This document shows positions 25,101 to 38,875 of a DNA stretch of 62,000 bases, piece by piece. A program made the translations under genes and the position numbers. The DNA is taken from assembly GCA_013265495.1 (NCBI GenBank), contig MU058584.1, positions 3,724,508-3,786,507 on the forward strand, in the 5' to 3' direction. Numbering within the stretch: position 1 is the stretch's first letter; every line of letters starts with the position of its first letter. The notes beneath the pieces are model-generated. The model saw nothing but the letters and a program-made list of their open reading frames with translations, did no database searches and was not told where the DNA came from. This DNA is from Vicugna vicugna. Lineage: Eukaryota.

Positions 25101-28100
25101 ACCGTCTCACCCTGCAGCAGCCCCGTAACCGATCCCTCTGTTCTAACCCTCCTCTCTAACAAGAGACTACCCTGTCCTAATTGTTCTGACCCTGAGATCT
25201 CATTTCATTCCTCTACGAAGGCTTCTTCACTGGCTCCCCAAAACCTTCAGAGGAAGTGAAACGTCTTAGTCTGACATATAGGACACTTCATAATCTTGCT
25301 CCATCAACTTTTCCATCTTCACCTTTGTATCATGAGAAAACTGAATTCTTCTTCATTTGGCATCTGATTTATCCCTTTAACTTATCTTTCCTTATTACTT
25401 GGTCATCTGAAATGCCAACCTGTTTTCTCCTCCCTGTGTTGTGACCATCCTCCAAGAGGAGCTAAAGTTTCAATTCCTTCAAGCCTCCATCAGTAGCTTC
25501 TTCTCATTCTTGTGGAATTAGTCCTTTTAACCCTGACTGACTGCAGAAGACCATAGTTTACTCCCTCTGACTTCCTAGTGAGTGTGCACCACCCCGCCTG
25601 TTCTCGTAATCAACCTGTAACCCCTTTAACTCTGTCCTGAGGACTGAATTCCTGGGATGGTCAGTTTCTCTGTTATCAAGGTAGTCACATCACTCATGTT
25701 CATTTGCTTTTTAATTTGAGAGTTTTAAAAGTGAAATAAAGCTCAAAAATGACTTAATTGAATACCTTTTCCTATACACAAATGCCTGATACAGTAACTC
25801 ATAAGAAATTATCTACTTTCTTAAGGTCATCAAAATATCACCACTCTTATTGCATCTTTGGAGAACACTTAGTGCATCTTTAGAATCTCCCCAGCTGTTA
25901 ACAGTTCTTTCTTTATCCAGAGATGGACTCCCTCCCCTTGTAACTTCTACTTCTGGTCCTAGTTTTATCTGGCCACACAGTCAGTTTCCAGTCCCTCCTC
26001 TATACAATTTCATTTCAGGTACCTGGGGACACTTCCCAAGCTCCCTTCCCAAGTCCTCCTTCACTACACCAAATTCTCCCAGTTCCCTCAACCATTCCTC
26101 ATACTAAGTTCAATGCCTGGACCAGTGGCTCACAGAGGTTGTACCTCCCAGACTGTGGACCCAGTGATCTTCCCATGAGGTCTGTATCTCCTGGAGGCTG
26201 ACTTCAGGAATCAAGTTGCTCTTCTAGTCTCACACAGAAAGAATACTCAACAAATTAGCCGGCAGAATATAAAAACCAAATAATTAGAATTCGTAAAACT
26301 GTAACAGCATTTTGAAAAATTCCATAAAGGGGCACCAAGACAAAGACGACTCAAAACGTTGCGTTTAGAAAGTAAATATAGTGCTTTCTGCACCCAGAAA
26401 ATTCTCACAGATTTCAAACTAACCCCTTTAATGAACACAACTAGTATTGCCCTAAAAAGCTTACAAGGCAAATTGACCATGCTTTGAACATTTCTAATTA
26501 ACGTAGAACAGAGCAGAATTGTATGATTCTCCTCCCCAAGACTCCTGGCAGGTATCTGTTTATCTCACAGATATGCTGCTTCCACTGTGATGAGCTGATT
26601 TGTAGCGTCTCCACTTTTCCTTTATGATTCTTTTTAGAGTCACTCTGATTTCCATTATTTTCTCCCTTCATTGTTGACCTTTTTCATTCGAGCTTTCCTT
26701 TCACCCGAGCTTTCCTTTCACCCACCTTTCTGTCCTGAGGAGAGCGCCTTTGCCCAGGTTGCTTTGTACATTTCGATCCAGAGAAACGCCCTTCAGATAC
26801 TTCGGCGCATTCGCAGATGACAAGGCTGTCGCTGTGTTTATTCTCCCCACATTTGCAGAACTGGGACCAAACTATTGAAAGTGGTTTTTACCTGGCCTCC
26901 TTTTCCTCCACAGGCAATTGCTTTCTCTGCAAATGGCTGCACTGGCCAAATAACTGTGTTCACAATTAGCTAATTGCAGGCTCAATGGACCACTTGTTCC
27001 TCCAAACTTGGCCATGGGAGTTGTGCGATTAGGCAGAAATTTATCTTTTTATTCCCTTCTGATTTAGAGAGTCATAGCAGATTCCAAATCTAATTGCCGT
27101 GTATTCTTCTACAATGTCAATATAAACCTTTTTACATTTTTATTTCCTTTTGAATATTTGTCATATTTCCCATTCTTTTACAAATCACAGCAGTTATGCT
27201 TTATATATTGAACTCAAGAAATATGGATTTGAATTAAGTCAGCCCTCTAATAAGGCCCAACTATTATTATTTAAAGGGTTAATCAGTAATAGCTAATTAT
27301 TACTTTCATCCATTTTGTAAACTAAAAAATTAAGGCAGCAGAACCGTTGGTTTGCCAAAGTCATGACAGAGTAAAACTAAAATTCCTAAGTAGCAAATTC
27401 CATTTTCCCTCTGGGCACTGAGTTTCCCACAGAGGGTATAAATTAACCTCATCTGCCTCTGAAAGAAAGCACCCTTAAATATTCTCCCAAATTGTTATTA
27501 CCTGGTTTCTTGGACACTTCAAAAAATGTAATTTCTTTTGGAAAATGGCTTCAAGGGTTTACCTTTTCTCCTACAATGAATGTCCTTTCTTTTCTTAATT
27601 TCTGTACATTTTATTCTAATTTTCTTGTCCAACCAACAGCTACAGAGCACAAAATATGTACTCAATTTTCAGTTTCATACAAGGAAGTCACCTCCCACTG
27701 ACGTTCCTCGAATCCACAAAAGAGAAAAGTAGCCAAAAGTAATGAGTTTTCATTTATGAAGTAATTAATATTCATAAGGATTAGATTATATTTGCTTTGA
27801 AAGTAACTCAGAGACTTTCAGGTTTCAAGAAATTTGCCTTCCAATTAAACACCAGTACATCTCTCCAATAGCTCTATTCACTGGGCACCCTTTACTATCA
27901 AACATTTATAGCCATCTTGCCTTAGGATTGTCTTAAGTGGCAATAACTGAATGGGGAAAGATTCCTGATGTCTCAGGAGATCGTAACACACCAGCTTATC
28001 TCTCAGCTGTCTCTACCCGGCTTCAAAGGCCTCCGGCATTCTCCTCAACAATTAACATATAAAAAGATCAGGAAAGAATAAGAGCAGAGAGAAATCAGGG

Positions 28101-28354
28101 GTAAAGGTGCAAGTAGAAAGGCGGGGAGGAACTAAGAAAACAGAAGAAACACTCAAGACAATGCTAAACAGGGAGCTCTAGCTGCCAGGAAACAAAATCT
28201 AATAAATCCAGCTGCTGCTCATACGGAACATATTCTAAAACCGGTCTGTCTGTGCACGAAAGATAAAGACTGTGTGTGCACCCCGCTGACACACGCAGAG
28301 GGAGAATGGTGCAAGCGGTCTAAGATGAAAATGCCGCTAAGGGAGGCCACTTAC

Positions 28355-28474
28355 CCAACACCAGGAGCTCCACCGAGTCCTCGTTCTTGCCCTCCAGGTC
28401 GTCAGGCGTGGTGATGACGCAGTAGTAGAGGCCGCTATCTCCCCACATGAGTTTCCCAATTTGAAGATCTGCAT
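28355..28474 (-). CDS. ILDR2: ILDR2 coding exon 3 (DADLQIGKLMWGDSGLYYCVITTPDDLEGKNEDSVELLVL), 120 nt
   Basis: Read by hand; contains the Ig V-set DSGLYYC motif; acceptor aacag, donor TGG|GTAAGT; in frame. Confidence 0.96.
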
Positions 28475-29364
28475 CTGTTATCACAAAAAAAGGACTTGGT
28501 CCTCCATTCTGTGCTCTGAGAGGAAAACACTGAACGATGGAGGGTTGGAGGGGGCCCCCTTCCCTGTGTCTGCCGTGTTCTATTTCTTTACCTGGCTGCC
28601 AAGATGTTTGCTTTATTTAAAAACAAACAAATAAACAGCAAAACAAAAAGAAAAACTAGCATCCCCAAAGTGAGAGAATTAGAGCACGACCAGAAACGGG
28701 TCTAGTCCCAGTCAGGTTTCAGGAATAGAAGACAGTTTTCAACCAGGCCTGCAGAGGCCCCTGAAAGCCAAATAAATTCCAGAATTAGTCTGGCCTCCTG
28801 GAAATGAGCTGGCTTCACAGGAGGTCTTCAAAATTCAAAGAATCAAATAGGTCACATCAAACTTTGGACCTTCTCTTGTCCAAAGCTTTTAGGGAGCAGG
28901 AGAAAATGTGGAATTGGTGCAAAACTACCTGGGGCTTGGGCCATAGCATCTACCTGCAACTTGCACACAGACATCCCTTCCCCCCGGCAGAGGAACTTAA
29001 TAGAGAAGTCTGCTTTCTGCATTAGAGAAAGGGCAATAAAGGCTGATGTCAAGAAGTAAGGTATTTAAGAACGCTTTCACTACACCCATTTCTATTCAGT
29101 TCTAATAATAAATTCCTCAGACTAGAGGTCAGGCTCAGGGAAGACTACTTCTAAAGCTCATCTCTCTGTCGATGTTACAACCCTCCACCCTTCTTCCCCA
29201 CACCATCCCATTAAAGCCATTGGCTAGGTTTCTTGATGCTCTATGTCCTATAAAATCAAAGTGTTGAGGGATTGAAAGGTGCAAGGCTGACATTCTCTTG
29301 CATCTGGGAAGAATGGAACCAACCTCCCTCTCATTCCCTAGATTCAAAACAGAAGCATTATTAC

Positions 29365-29697
29365 CATGAACAATCGTGATCTCTCTGCCCCTGTAGAAAT
29401 CTCCTAGGGTCACGGTTGAGCCCTGTTTGGAAGCTACCACTCGGACAGTCCTCCTGCTGTCTAAACAGTCCAAGTAGGGGTCCCATTCCAGGTTTCTTTT
29501 GCTGAGAGACTGGGCCCGGGGAGAGGACATGCCCAAGGATTCCCCCATGCGATCCTGGCAGTAGGACTTGAACTTCCACTGGACGACGGCAGGCTGATGG
29601 GACGACGTGGAGAAGTGGCAGCGAAGCACAGTGGGCTGGAAGAGCATGGCCACCTTCTTCTTGTCAGGCACTGTGACCTGAAGGGCCTCGGCCATGG
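29365..29697 (-). CDS. ILDR2: ILDR2 coding exon 2 (first part of Ig V-type domain, AMAEALQVTVPDKKKVAMLFQPTVLRCHF...GREITIVH), 333 nt
   Basis: Recognisable angulin (LSR/ILDR) Ig-domain sequence incl. VQWKFKSYCQDRM and WDPYLDCLDSRRTVRVVASKQG; acceptor ttttgcag, donor ATG|GTAATA. Confidence 0.97.
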
Positions 29698-32600
29698 CTG
29701 CAAAATAGAATGAACATGTCCAGATGGCATCCGTATCCTGGACCTCACCTCACCTTTCCACCTTACCTCCCCAACCTGTTCCTCCCCTTGTTTTCTCCAT
29801 TACAACTCAGAGCATCAACATCTACCTGATTGCCTTGGCCAGAAAGCTGCCCTGACTCCCAATATCCAAATGGTCGCAAAGTCATGTCGACTTGATCTCT
29901 TAGCATCTTTAATACTTCCTTCCTCCTCTTTAACCCCACTACCACTGCTTTTGTGTAAACCCTCTTCATTTCTTGCTTATAACTTTGCAATAACCTCTTG
30001 TCTGGTCTCCCTGCCTGCAGCTGCCCATATGCAGCCCATTCCCCTTGCTGTAAGTTCAGGTTACCTTTCTAAAACTGACTGTTATCACTCTCCTTCTTTG
30101 AACCCTTTGCTCAGCCTCCATGGTCTTCGGGAAAAAACCCAAAGTTCTTGGCAAGGCATATAAGGTGCTCCAACATCCGCTTCTTTCTCAGCCTCACTTC
30201 TTGCAGCACCTCTACTTGCGTACCAGCCTCCAAGGATACCAAACTAAGAGGCTCCCAAGTGGGATGTGCTGTCTCACTTCTCTAGGTCTTGGCACAAGAA
30301 TATTCCTTGTTTACAGAATGCTTTTTCCTCACTTCTCTCCCTGGGAAACTCTTTTCCATCTTTCAACATATAGCTCAAAAGCTTCTTGTAAAGTCTTCTC
30401 TGACCGATCAATCCATTTGTCACTTCCTCCTCTGTAGCATCAATACCCCCAGCATTCTCCTCCAGACATTTACTGTAATAATTTTGCAAGTATTTATTTT
30501 CATGCCTCCATCAGACTTGTCAGGTCAGGTAAGGAAGATGTCTTATCTTGCTGTCTTGGCTTGTGGAGCCCATAGCTACTCAAAAAATATTTGATAAATG
30601 AGGACAATGAAGCCAGGAAGTATGACTTCGGGAGGAAGTGACTTCCCTTCCAGCTAGTGAACGAGCAAAGGGGACAGAGATTAAGGGGGAAAGAAGGCTT
30701 TGAGAGAAACAGAGAATGTCTGATCAAAGGTAGTAGACTAAGTTCAAAAGCTCTGAAGGGCAAACCAAAAAAGGAAGCGGGGGGGGGGGATTGGCAGGGA
30801 GAGGCTAGAAAGCAGATGAGAAGTTCAAGTGGTGAAAAGATCAATTTGAGGCTTGGTGTCCAAGAAAGAGGGAAATTTCAGTGAATGAAAGACCAGGCAA
30901 GTGTCTGAGAGGCAAAAGCCTTCTATGAACTCAATGGTAAGACCCAGAAACTCCAAGCAAAGGGAATGGTGAATGGGAGAGTTAAGAGTTTCTAGCTTGA
31001 TCTGACGTTAGAAGCAGAAGTAGAATGATGATGAGAGGCAGAAAAAAGGAATGTGAATAGAAAGACATGATAAAGAGGCTCAGAACTGAATTCAGGAGCC
31101 TGCCAAGTCAGCTTCAGGTAGCCTGAGGCAAAGCGTTTCACCCTAGAATCGCAGGTGGACTTAAGATATACAAGAAAGGACTAGTTTCCATGGGGGGGGG
31201 GATTTTTATTACTGCCCGTGTTCATAATGACATCCTGCAAAGCAAACTCACTCTGACAGCCCAAACGTGCCCTTATTCATGAATGTCTCTTTATAGCAGC
31301 ACCCCTGACAAGGGCAAGATACCATATTTGTACTCACGTCTTCTGATCTCCAGACCCGTGCCACTCTTCAGTGAAAGCACTATGAAAAACTAGATTCTAA
31401 TTCCTGTTAGGAAGGAAAAAGGCTTCTGCATTCTATGGAATGGGGAAGCGAATGCAACAGAGTGTTTAAGATTTAGTGTTCTGGACCTACCTGCTCAATA
31501 GCTACTATGGAATAAACGAAGGATTGAGTGAGCGAATGAATGACCATTAATATGGGGATTTCTAGGACTGTGCAGAGCAAACGGGTTAAATGACTCATAA
31601 ACAGCACAGTGTGGTAAAACAGTTGGCATCAAGCAGACATGGCTTTGACTCTCCTCCGGCCATGTACTAATGGTGAAGCCTTAATGGAGCCTCTTCAGTA
31701 ACCCTCACCTGTAAAATGAGCCTCATATTCCTTACTCACCAGAGCTGATAACACATGTTACCTCACTGGGCGCCTGCAGAGAGTGGACTCCATAGCAGAG
31801 GACTGTGACCATGACCAGCGGAGGGTGGATCTCAAATATGAATCCTCTTGTACCTTCCCTGCCTTTCCCGTCACCTCCCAAGATGAAACTCTTGAATCTC
31901 AGTGATCATCCACCACCAGTAGGTTTGATTACAGCTGCATTATGCAGCTCACCCCATCAAGGGGCAAATAATGAGTTTTCATTTGGAAGCTCAGAGAAGA
32001 ACCCCAGTTCCCAGGCTCCACTGCTTCCATTCACCACCCCTCAAATGTTAATGTGGCTGATTTCATTCTCCTCAACTCACTTGGATAAGAAGACATTTTT
32101 TTTGCATTAAATTCTATTGTATTAATTTTAAACCTTGTAATTTGTCTTCAAATCCTTATTCACACACATTTTCCAGGTAACAAAAATGGGACAGGGTGGG
32201 GGGGGTGTGAAATGACTTCACTTAGCAGTGATTGAGGCTGGATAACCAATCACAGGCACTGTTCCAAGGACAAAGCTGTGGAACTGACTAAATCACCTTT
32301 CTGCTCTGCTCCCTGCCTGTTCAGGCTCCGCACGAGAATCACATTTCCCAGCCCTTCTAGGATAAACGAAACCAGCAAAGGAGGCAGATGCAGCATTGAA
32401 GTGATGCAGGCAGGGCTTGTTTGGGTTATTTTGAGAGAGTTAAGTATGCAGTTTTGTTCATCAGATGATTAGAAAGAATAACCTCCTTCTCAGCTCTGTT
32501 CTCTGTTAATGAGATTAGCCACTTGACCAAGCCACTGGACTCCCTTAATTATTATTTTTTTTTACTGTGGACTCCCTTAATTATTAATAGAGTTTAGTCA

Positions 32601-35600
32601 ATTTGCAGCTCCTTCTATGATATACATGTAAGCTCATACTCCAAAGAATACATTTTCAGAAACATCTGCCTTTTGATAGCATGACAGTTAAAGGCATGGC
32701 TCTAGCATGAGTCCTAAGTCAGAAACTAAGCCCTACCACTTCCTAGCTGCATGACCAGGCAAATGACTCAGCCCTGATGAGTGTCAGTTTCCTTACTGGT
32801 AAAAACAGAATAATAGTAACTGTCTTATGGAACTGCCTGAGGGCTAAATAAGATTTTATCCTGAATACTTAGGATAATACTGGCATACAGTAGGCACTCA
32901 ATACAGGTAGTTGCTGCTGCTGTCAAGAACAGTCTGTTACTTCTCTGAAGCCATGAACCTACAGCTCGGTGAGCACAGATAATAAGGTGTAAGATGCTGA
33001 GTGTATAGGGGGCAGAATGGGCAGAAACTGCACGGGAATGCTACAGCAGGTAACTAGTTCAACAGCAACCCTGCCCGGGTGTGCGCGTCACTGCACAATC
33101 GCATATGCACCTCCCGAAGTCAGAAACAGAGGGTACCCCTGTGTGTGCGCACACGCATCGGCATGTGAACGTGTGCAGGCAAAACGGAAGCCCTAGGCAC
33201 CGACACTCAGGATAGCTCTGGAGAGCTGGAGAGGACAGAACTAGGAATTTCAAGGAAACATCAGTTTATTGGATCTTTGAGGACTGTAAGAGTGAAGAGT
33301 TAGAGGGAGAGTTGAAAATACCAATGCCTGCCTTGGCTCTACAAACCTCAAACTATAGGACAAACGCCACACAGTTCCCAAGCCTGCCGTGGCCAAGCCT
33401 ATTAGGAACCCTGTTCCCACTGGAGGGTGAGGTCTGGAATTGCTCTTCTGGCCCTTACCCTGGATTCCAGGGGAGGGCTGGGGTTCCCTAGACCCACTGG
33501 GCTGCATGTCTTTCCCAGAAGCTATGTTTATGTTACACTTAGACTGTGTTTCCATCCGGTTTTGCAATCTGTTGGGACCAAAGGCTTGCCCTGAGTTCCG
33601 GTCTGCTCGCCTGGGCCCTGATACAAGCCCTTTTTCCTGAAGATTAATTTTTGTTTCCGACACCCTCACACGTGACTGATCTATACCTGAACCTGGGATG
33701 CAAAACACTGCAAAAACTACCTCTCATGGGACCCCACTCCTACCCCAGAACAAGCCCCCCATGGACACTGAGATTTGGCTGGGAACACCCTCCCTCTGAC
33801 TCCAGTTCTCAAGGGATCTGCCCTGGGACTAGGTTAATGTCCTGAGCTTGCGTCCCACCTCTTATCAGCTTTTTGTTTTTCTATGTCACCACTTGTTAGA
33901 TGCCAAAAACATAGTACTTCTTATGCTACAGTCTATATGAGCTAATAAGAATATCTTTGAATGCCAGGTAAATAAACTAAATATTTTCAGCCTCTTTGTA
34001 AATGGTCACCTGTGCATTCAACCTAAGAAATCTTACTCTTCCATGATGCCAACTACCAGTTATGTCTCTGACCCCCAGCTCCATGAAACCTCACCTGCAT
34101 GTTTAACAGATACTTCAAACTAAACATAGAGAAACTTCATTCACCACCTTCTCTTTTCCTGCCTCAACTCTTGCTTAGAAAATCAGCCTTCCTGTCTCCC
34201 TATCTCTTTTGCCAGTATACCCTCTGTCCTATCACCCCAGAGAGAAATTGTAGCTTTGATCATTTCCTCTCTGTCTCTAACCAGCTTCAGTTGGTCACTA
34301 ATTCTAAATCTCGCTCAAATTTGACCTTCTCTGTTTGCACTGTCACTCCCAGTGGGAATAAATCCAGTTTCTATTCCTTCTACTAGGTAACAATTATGAA
34401 ATGCTCAGTGTATGTTAGAAATTGTGTTAAGCACCGTTCATGTAGCATCTTAATAAATTCTCTCCAAAAATCCTATGAAGTAGGTATTATCATTACAACC
34501 ATTTTACAGATGAACAAACTGATTTTCAGAGAATGTATGTATTGTGCCTAACATCTCAGTGTTAGCAAGTGACAGATTTGAACCCAGGCTTGCGGCTCCA
34601 AAGCTCTATCGCTTTACACAAGTCCTCATTATCTCCTGGGTTTTATGACAGCCTCCTCAGTGGTCTCCCAACTTCCAGCCCAACTCTCCCCATTTTTTCT
34701 ATCTAAAATATTCTTTTTCAAAGGACATAGCCAATCACGGCAGTCCCCTGCTTTAAGGCCTCCAATGAGGAATCATTTTATCTTTCCAGGATAAAACCCA
34801 AATGCCTTGACGTGGGATGTAGAGACTTCTCCATGATTTAGCCCCATGTACGGTTCAGGCATACCAAGACGTTTTCCATTCTTTAACTATAAATATGTTA
34901 TCCCCTCCACCTGGGGAAACACCAGGCATGTAACTGAGGAGTTGGAGTTTCTGGGAGACAGACAGAGAAGCACTGGGTGTGGGTCCCACACACACATGAG
35001 TGAGCATGTGCTGGCACAAGGGGGAGACGGGGACACAGAGTCCAGGCACTGGTGACACCATAAGGGTCTTGTGTTTTGAAGCTCTTACAAAGACATTTAC
35101 AGAGGTATGGAAAGAACCCATGTTTCCTCCTACAAAATAAAGCAAGTCTCCCAACAAACTGGAAGGAGACTGCTTAGAGAAGAAAGCAAAAGACAGAAAA
35201 AGAAGTGACGTGAAATAAGGAATCCTACGATGTAGAACACATTTGTACAAGTGAGGATTCCTGACTGAAAGAAGCACTGGCTGGCATACTGAAGACTGGA
35301 GATTATAGTGGCTTTCTGGGTTTGCAGAGGAGGGGCCATCATTCTTAGACCACCAGACTATTCTTTCCCTTTTTATTGTGCCCCTGATCCTCAGGAAAAT
35401 TGTCCCTGACTATCTAACTCAAATTCATTCAAAAACATGTTTTAAAATATGATGGTAAGTTCTAGGAAGATAGATTTAAAAGACCAGTCTCTGATCTTGA
35501 GAAATTCAATATAAATTTGGTTTCTAACTCTAAGGTCCTTGAAGGCAAGGACAAGGATTTGGCTGACTTTGTATCCCCAGTATACACCAAGGCCATAAAA

Positions 35601-38439
35601 TACAGCCGAAGCTCACAAAATGTGGAATGAATCAATGAATGAATGAACAAATGAACAAATGAACACGTGAATCTGAAGGGTCTTTCTTAGCAGGTGGTCC
35701 TCAGTGCAGAGAACGGATTCTAGCCAATAAGGAGGAAATCTGCTTGAAAGTGGAGTGATGAGTGACAGCTCAGAGCAGCAGCCCTGCTCTCAGCTAGTCA
35801 CCAGGGGTACCCAGTCACCAAGCCAGAGAGGATCAGCCCCAAGTGCAGACAAGGCCTCCCAGCATGTGGCAAAATAAGTTCCTGCCCCAATTCTCATATA
35901 AAGAAAAGGATTCTATACATGACGAATTGTGTTCCTGCAAGGATAACAAAAGCAGTGTCTACAGCAATGCTGTTCTTATTTTAGCACTTTCATTTCGTTC
36001 AAAGCAAGTCCCTTTTCCCCATTAGTTGTAAGCTATTCCTGCCAGCATCTTTGAGAGGCAGATCCATAAGCACAGCCCCATTTTAAAGAAACAAAGATTG
36101 CTGCTAAAGAGTATGGAAAATTATCATCAACACAGACAGGCATCTTCAGAAATAAGGCTCACCCATCCCTTAACTCCTCAAGTCCCAGAAGTGGGATCTG
36201 ACTTCAAAACTGCCCATTTACCAGCATATCTTGTCTTTCAGACTCCTAAGTTTTTTCCTCATTCAGTATGACAATACACATCTTCCTCTTCCTGTCTTTA
36301 AGTTAGATCTTTAAGAAATTCATCTTTTTTTTGTCTTCACATTTTTAACATACTTTCCCAATTTCCTAAGACATTGTTTTAGGAACAGTTGATGGGCAGG
36401 TTTTCTAAGTGTAGGAGATAAACAAGGGGTGTCCAAGTATCTCTAGAAGGTATGTTCCACAATGTGTCTATCCCTTAGTAGCACTGTCAGCATGGGAGCA
36501 AAGCATTCTGGGAAATGCTGACCCCCAGGCTCTGTTTTTAAAGACAAAGAAAACACTGCTTGAATCTTTTTCCCCCCACCAGTAGACACAATTCATCTTC
36601 TTGATATACTTGGGTTAAAAAATAAATGAAATTAAAAAACCTTGACCAAGAAGAGTAGGCATTCCCTTGGTGTTTGCCCATTTTCTAAGCCTCATTCTCC
36701 AGCTGGCCTATTGGTCCTGTAGGTCAATCAAGTTCCTGCCAATAAATTCCTTTCCAGCTTAACCTGGGCAGAATCAGTTTCTCTCTGGTACTTGTGCACA
36801 CAGAGCTTGCCATCCAATAAGCATTACACTCTGTGTGTCCCATGGAGCCATGCTTTCCCATTCTCTGCCACCACTGCACAGATGAAAGCCACAAGCATAT
36901 CTCCCTTCTGTCCGATTTGCCTCATCTTCCAGAGATCTGAGATGAGCTCATGAGTAATGTCTAGCTGGCTTACATGCTGTTCCAGTGGGACCAAAGCAGT
37001 ACTAAAAGAGGTCAGTCTCTACCCTGCAGCGCGGAGGTACTTTGGAAGCTGTCCTGATTCATTCAGGTGGGTCAGACTCTTAGGATGGGCTAGCCATTTG
37101 GACAGAGAAGAGTTCCCATAAGAAAGCTCTTATCCACTTTCATCAACTTGTTACCTGTATTTCCAGTATCTCTCACTTGAGCTCCAGACCCAAATAGCTT
37201 CATTCTCCATCTGGATGTTACACAAGCACCCCAAACCCTTCTTTTAGTAACAGAACTTCCCAGGTTTTAATCTGGCCAGCCAAGCCAGCCATATATTACC
37301 ATTTCCTAGCTTCTCCTGCAGCTAATTGTGGCCATGAGACAAGATTCAAGACATAAGTATGGGTGGAGAAGAGGTATGTATTCCAGGTCACCTCTCTAAA
37401 GACAAACTACTTGCCCTAGCCCTCTGCTTCCATTGCCCCCAGTGGCTGAAAAGTGCCTATCCTTGGAGCAGTCTTGGGAGCCGCATACTGGGAATGGTAG
37501 ACTCTGTCCCACTCGACCTCTACTGTTACAGGAGAGAGACAAAAACTACGTTGTGTGAGTTCCTATATTTTAGGGTCTATTTGTTACAGCATCTCATTCT
37601 ATACTCTAACAGATAGATGCAAAATACTGAACCTGTATCTCCCTCCTTTACATGTTTCTCCTCCTGTATTAGTTCATGTCCACAAACGGCATCCCCGGCA
37701 GTCCCAAGCCAGAAACCCTGAAGGCACCTTTGACATTCCCTTCTTTCAACCTCCACATCCAACCAAGCCAGGACCACTTCTTTTATCTTTTGTCACTCCA
37801 TCCACTTCTTTCATTCCCACTGCACGATAGGAGCTCGGGATCTCATCATGTCTTGTCTCTCTTTCTGTAATGGTCTTCTAGCTGGTTTTTGCTGCAAGTC
37901 TGCCTATGTCTAATCTACCCTCCACATTGAGGTCCAAATGATGTTTCTAAAATGCACATCTGAACACAGCACTCCCTTACTCTCATCCTTTTAAAGACTC
38001 CCTCTAGGCAGTTCAAGAGTACAAGGGCTCATTTCAGATGAGATGGGGTCACTCTCTTCCATTCCTCCTGCAGCACTAAATTCTCCAACCATACTAAAAT
38101 ATTTGTAACTTTCGGAAAACAACATGTTCTGCCTCGATTCATAGCTTTTGCACATGCTGTTTCCTCCGTAAATTTCCCTTCCTCCATCCCACCCTTCCCC
38201 TAGTAACTCCTATGTATACTTCTGGTTTCCTCAGCTATCACTTCCTGCAGAAGCTTCTTCTGGCTCTTACTGTGGTCATAGAACCCTAGAGAATCACATC
38301 ACCTTGCCTAAGAATTTCCTATTTAATCATCTCTCTCTGCCGTTAATAACAAGCTATCTCCCATAGGCTTTTAAAGACTCTGATGCATAATAGGTACTCA
38401 ATACATTTGTTGAATGGTTTAAGTCAGTTGATAGATTGT

Positions 38440-38875
38440 ATTATTTGTTCCCAATTAGTTTTCCTGCCCTCCTCTTACATTGTTCCCTGGAGACAGGATA
38501 CACTTATCGCTCCACAGACTGTGGGCTTGGCCATATGAGCTGCTTTGGCCAATGGAATGTGAATGCATGTGCCACAAGACTTGTCCCAGCAGAAGCTTAA
38601 AAGGCATTTGTGTGGCTTGGCTCTGTGCCCTGCCCCTACCCACCTTGAGACTTCTGCCATGAGAACAGCATGCCCAGATAGTGGCTGCTCCTTCATCCTG
38701 GGTCTTGGAATAAGAAGACATTTGGAACTGAGCCAAGTCCACCAATTCCAGCCAGTTCACAACTGACCTGCAACTGACTGCAGCTCTCATGTAAAATGAA
38801 CAAGTAAATGTTTGGTGTTGTGAGCTATTGAGACTTGGGGGTTGCCTATTGCTGCATCAAAATGCTGACTAATAT
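38440..38875 (+). mobile_element. MLT1-type LTR remnant
   Basis: GCTTGGCCAT...TGCTTTGGCCAATGGAATGTGA...CAGAAGCTTAAAAG...CTGACTAATA. Confidence 0.6.
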
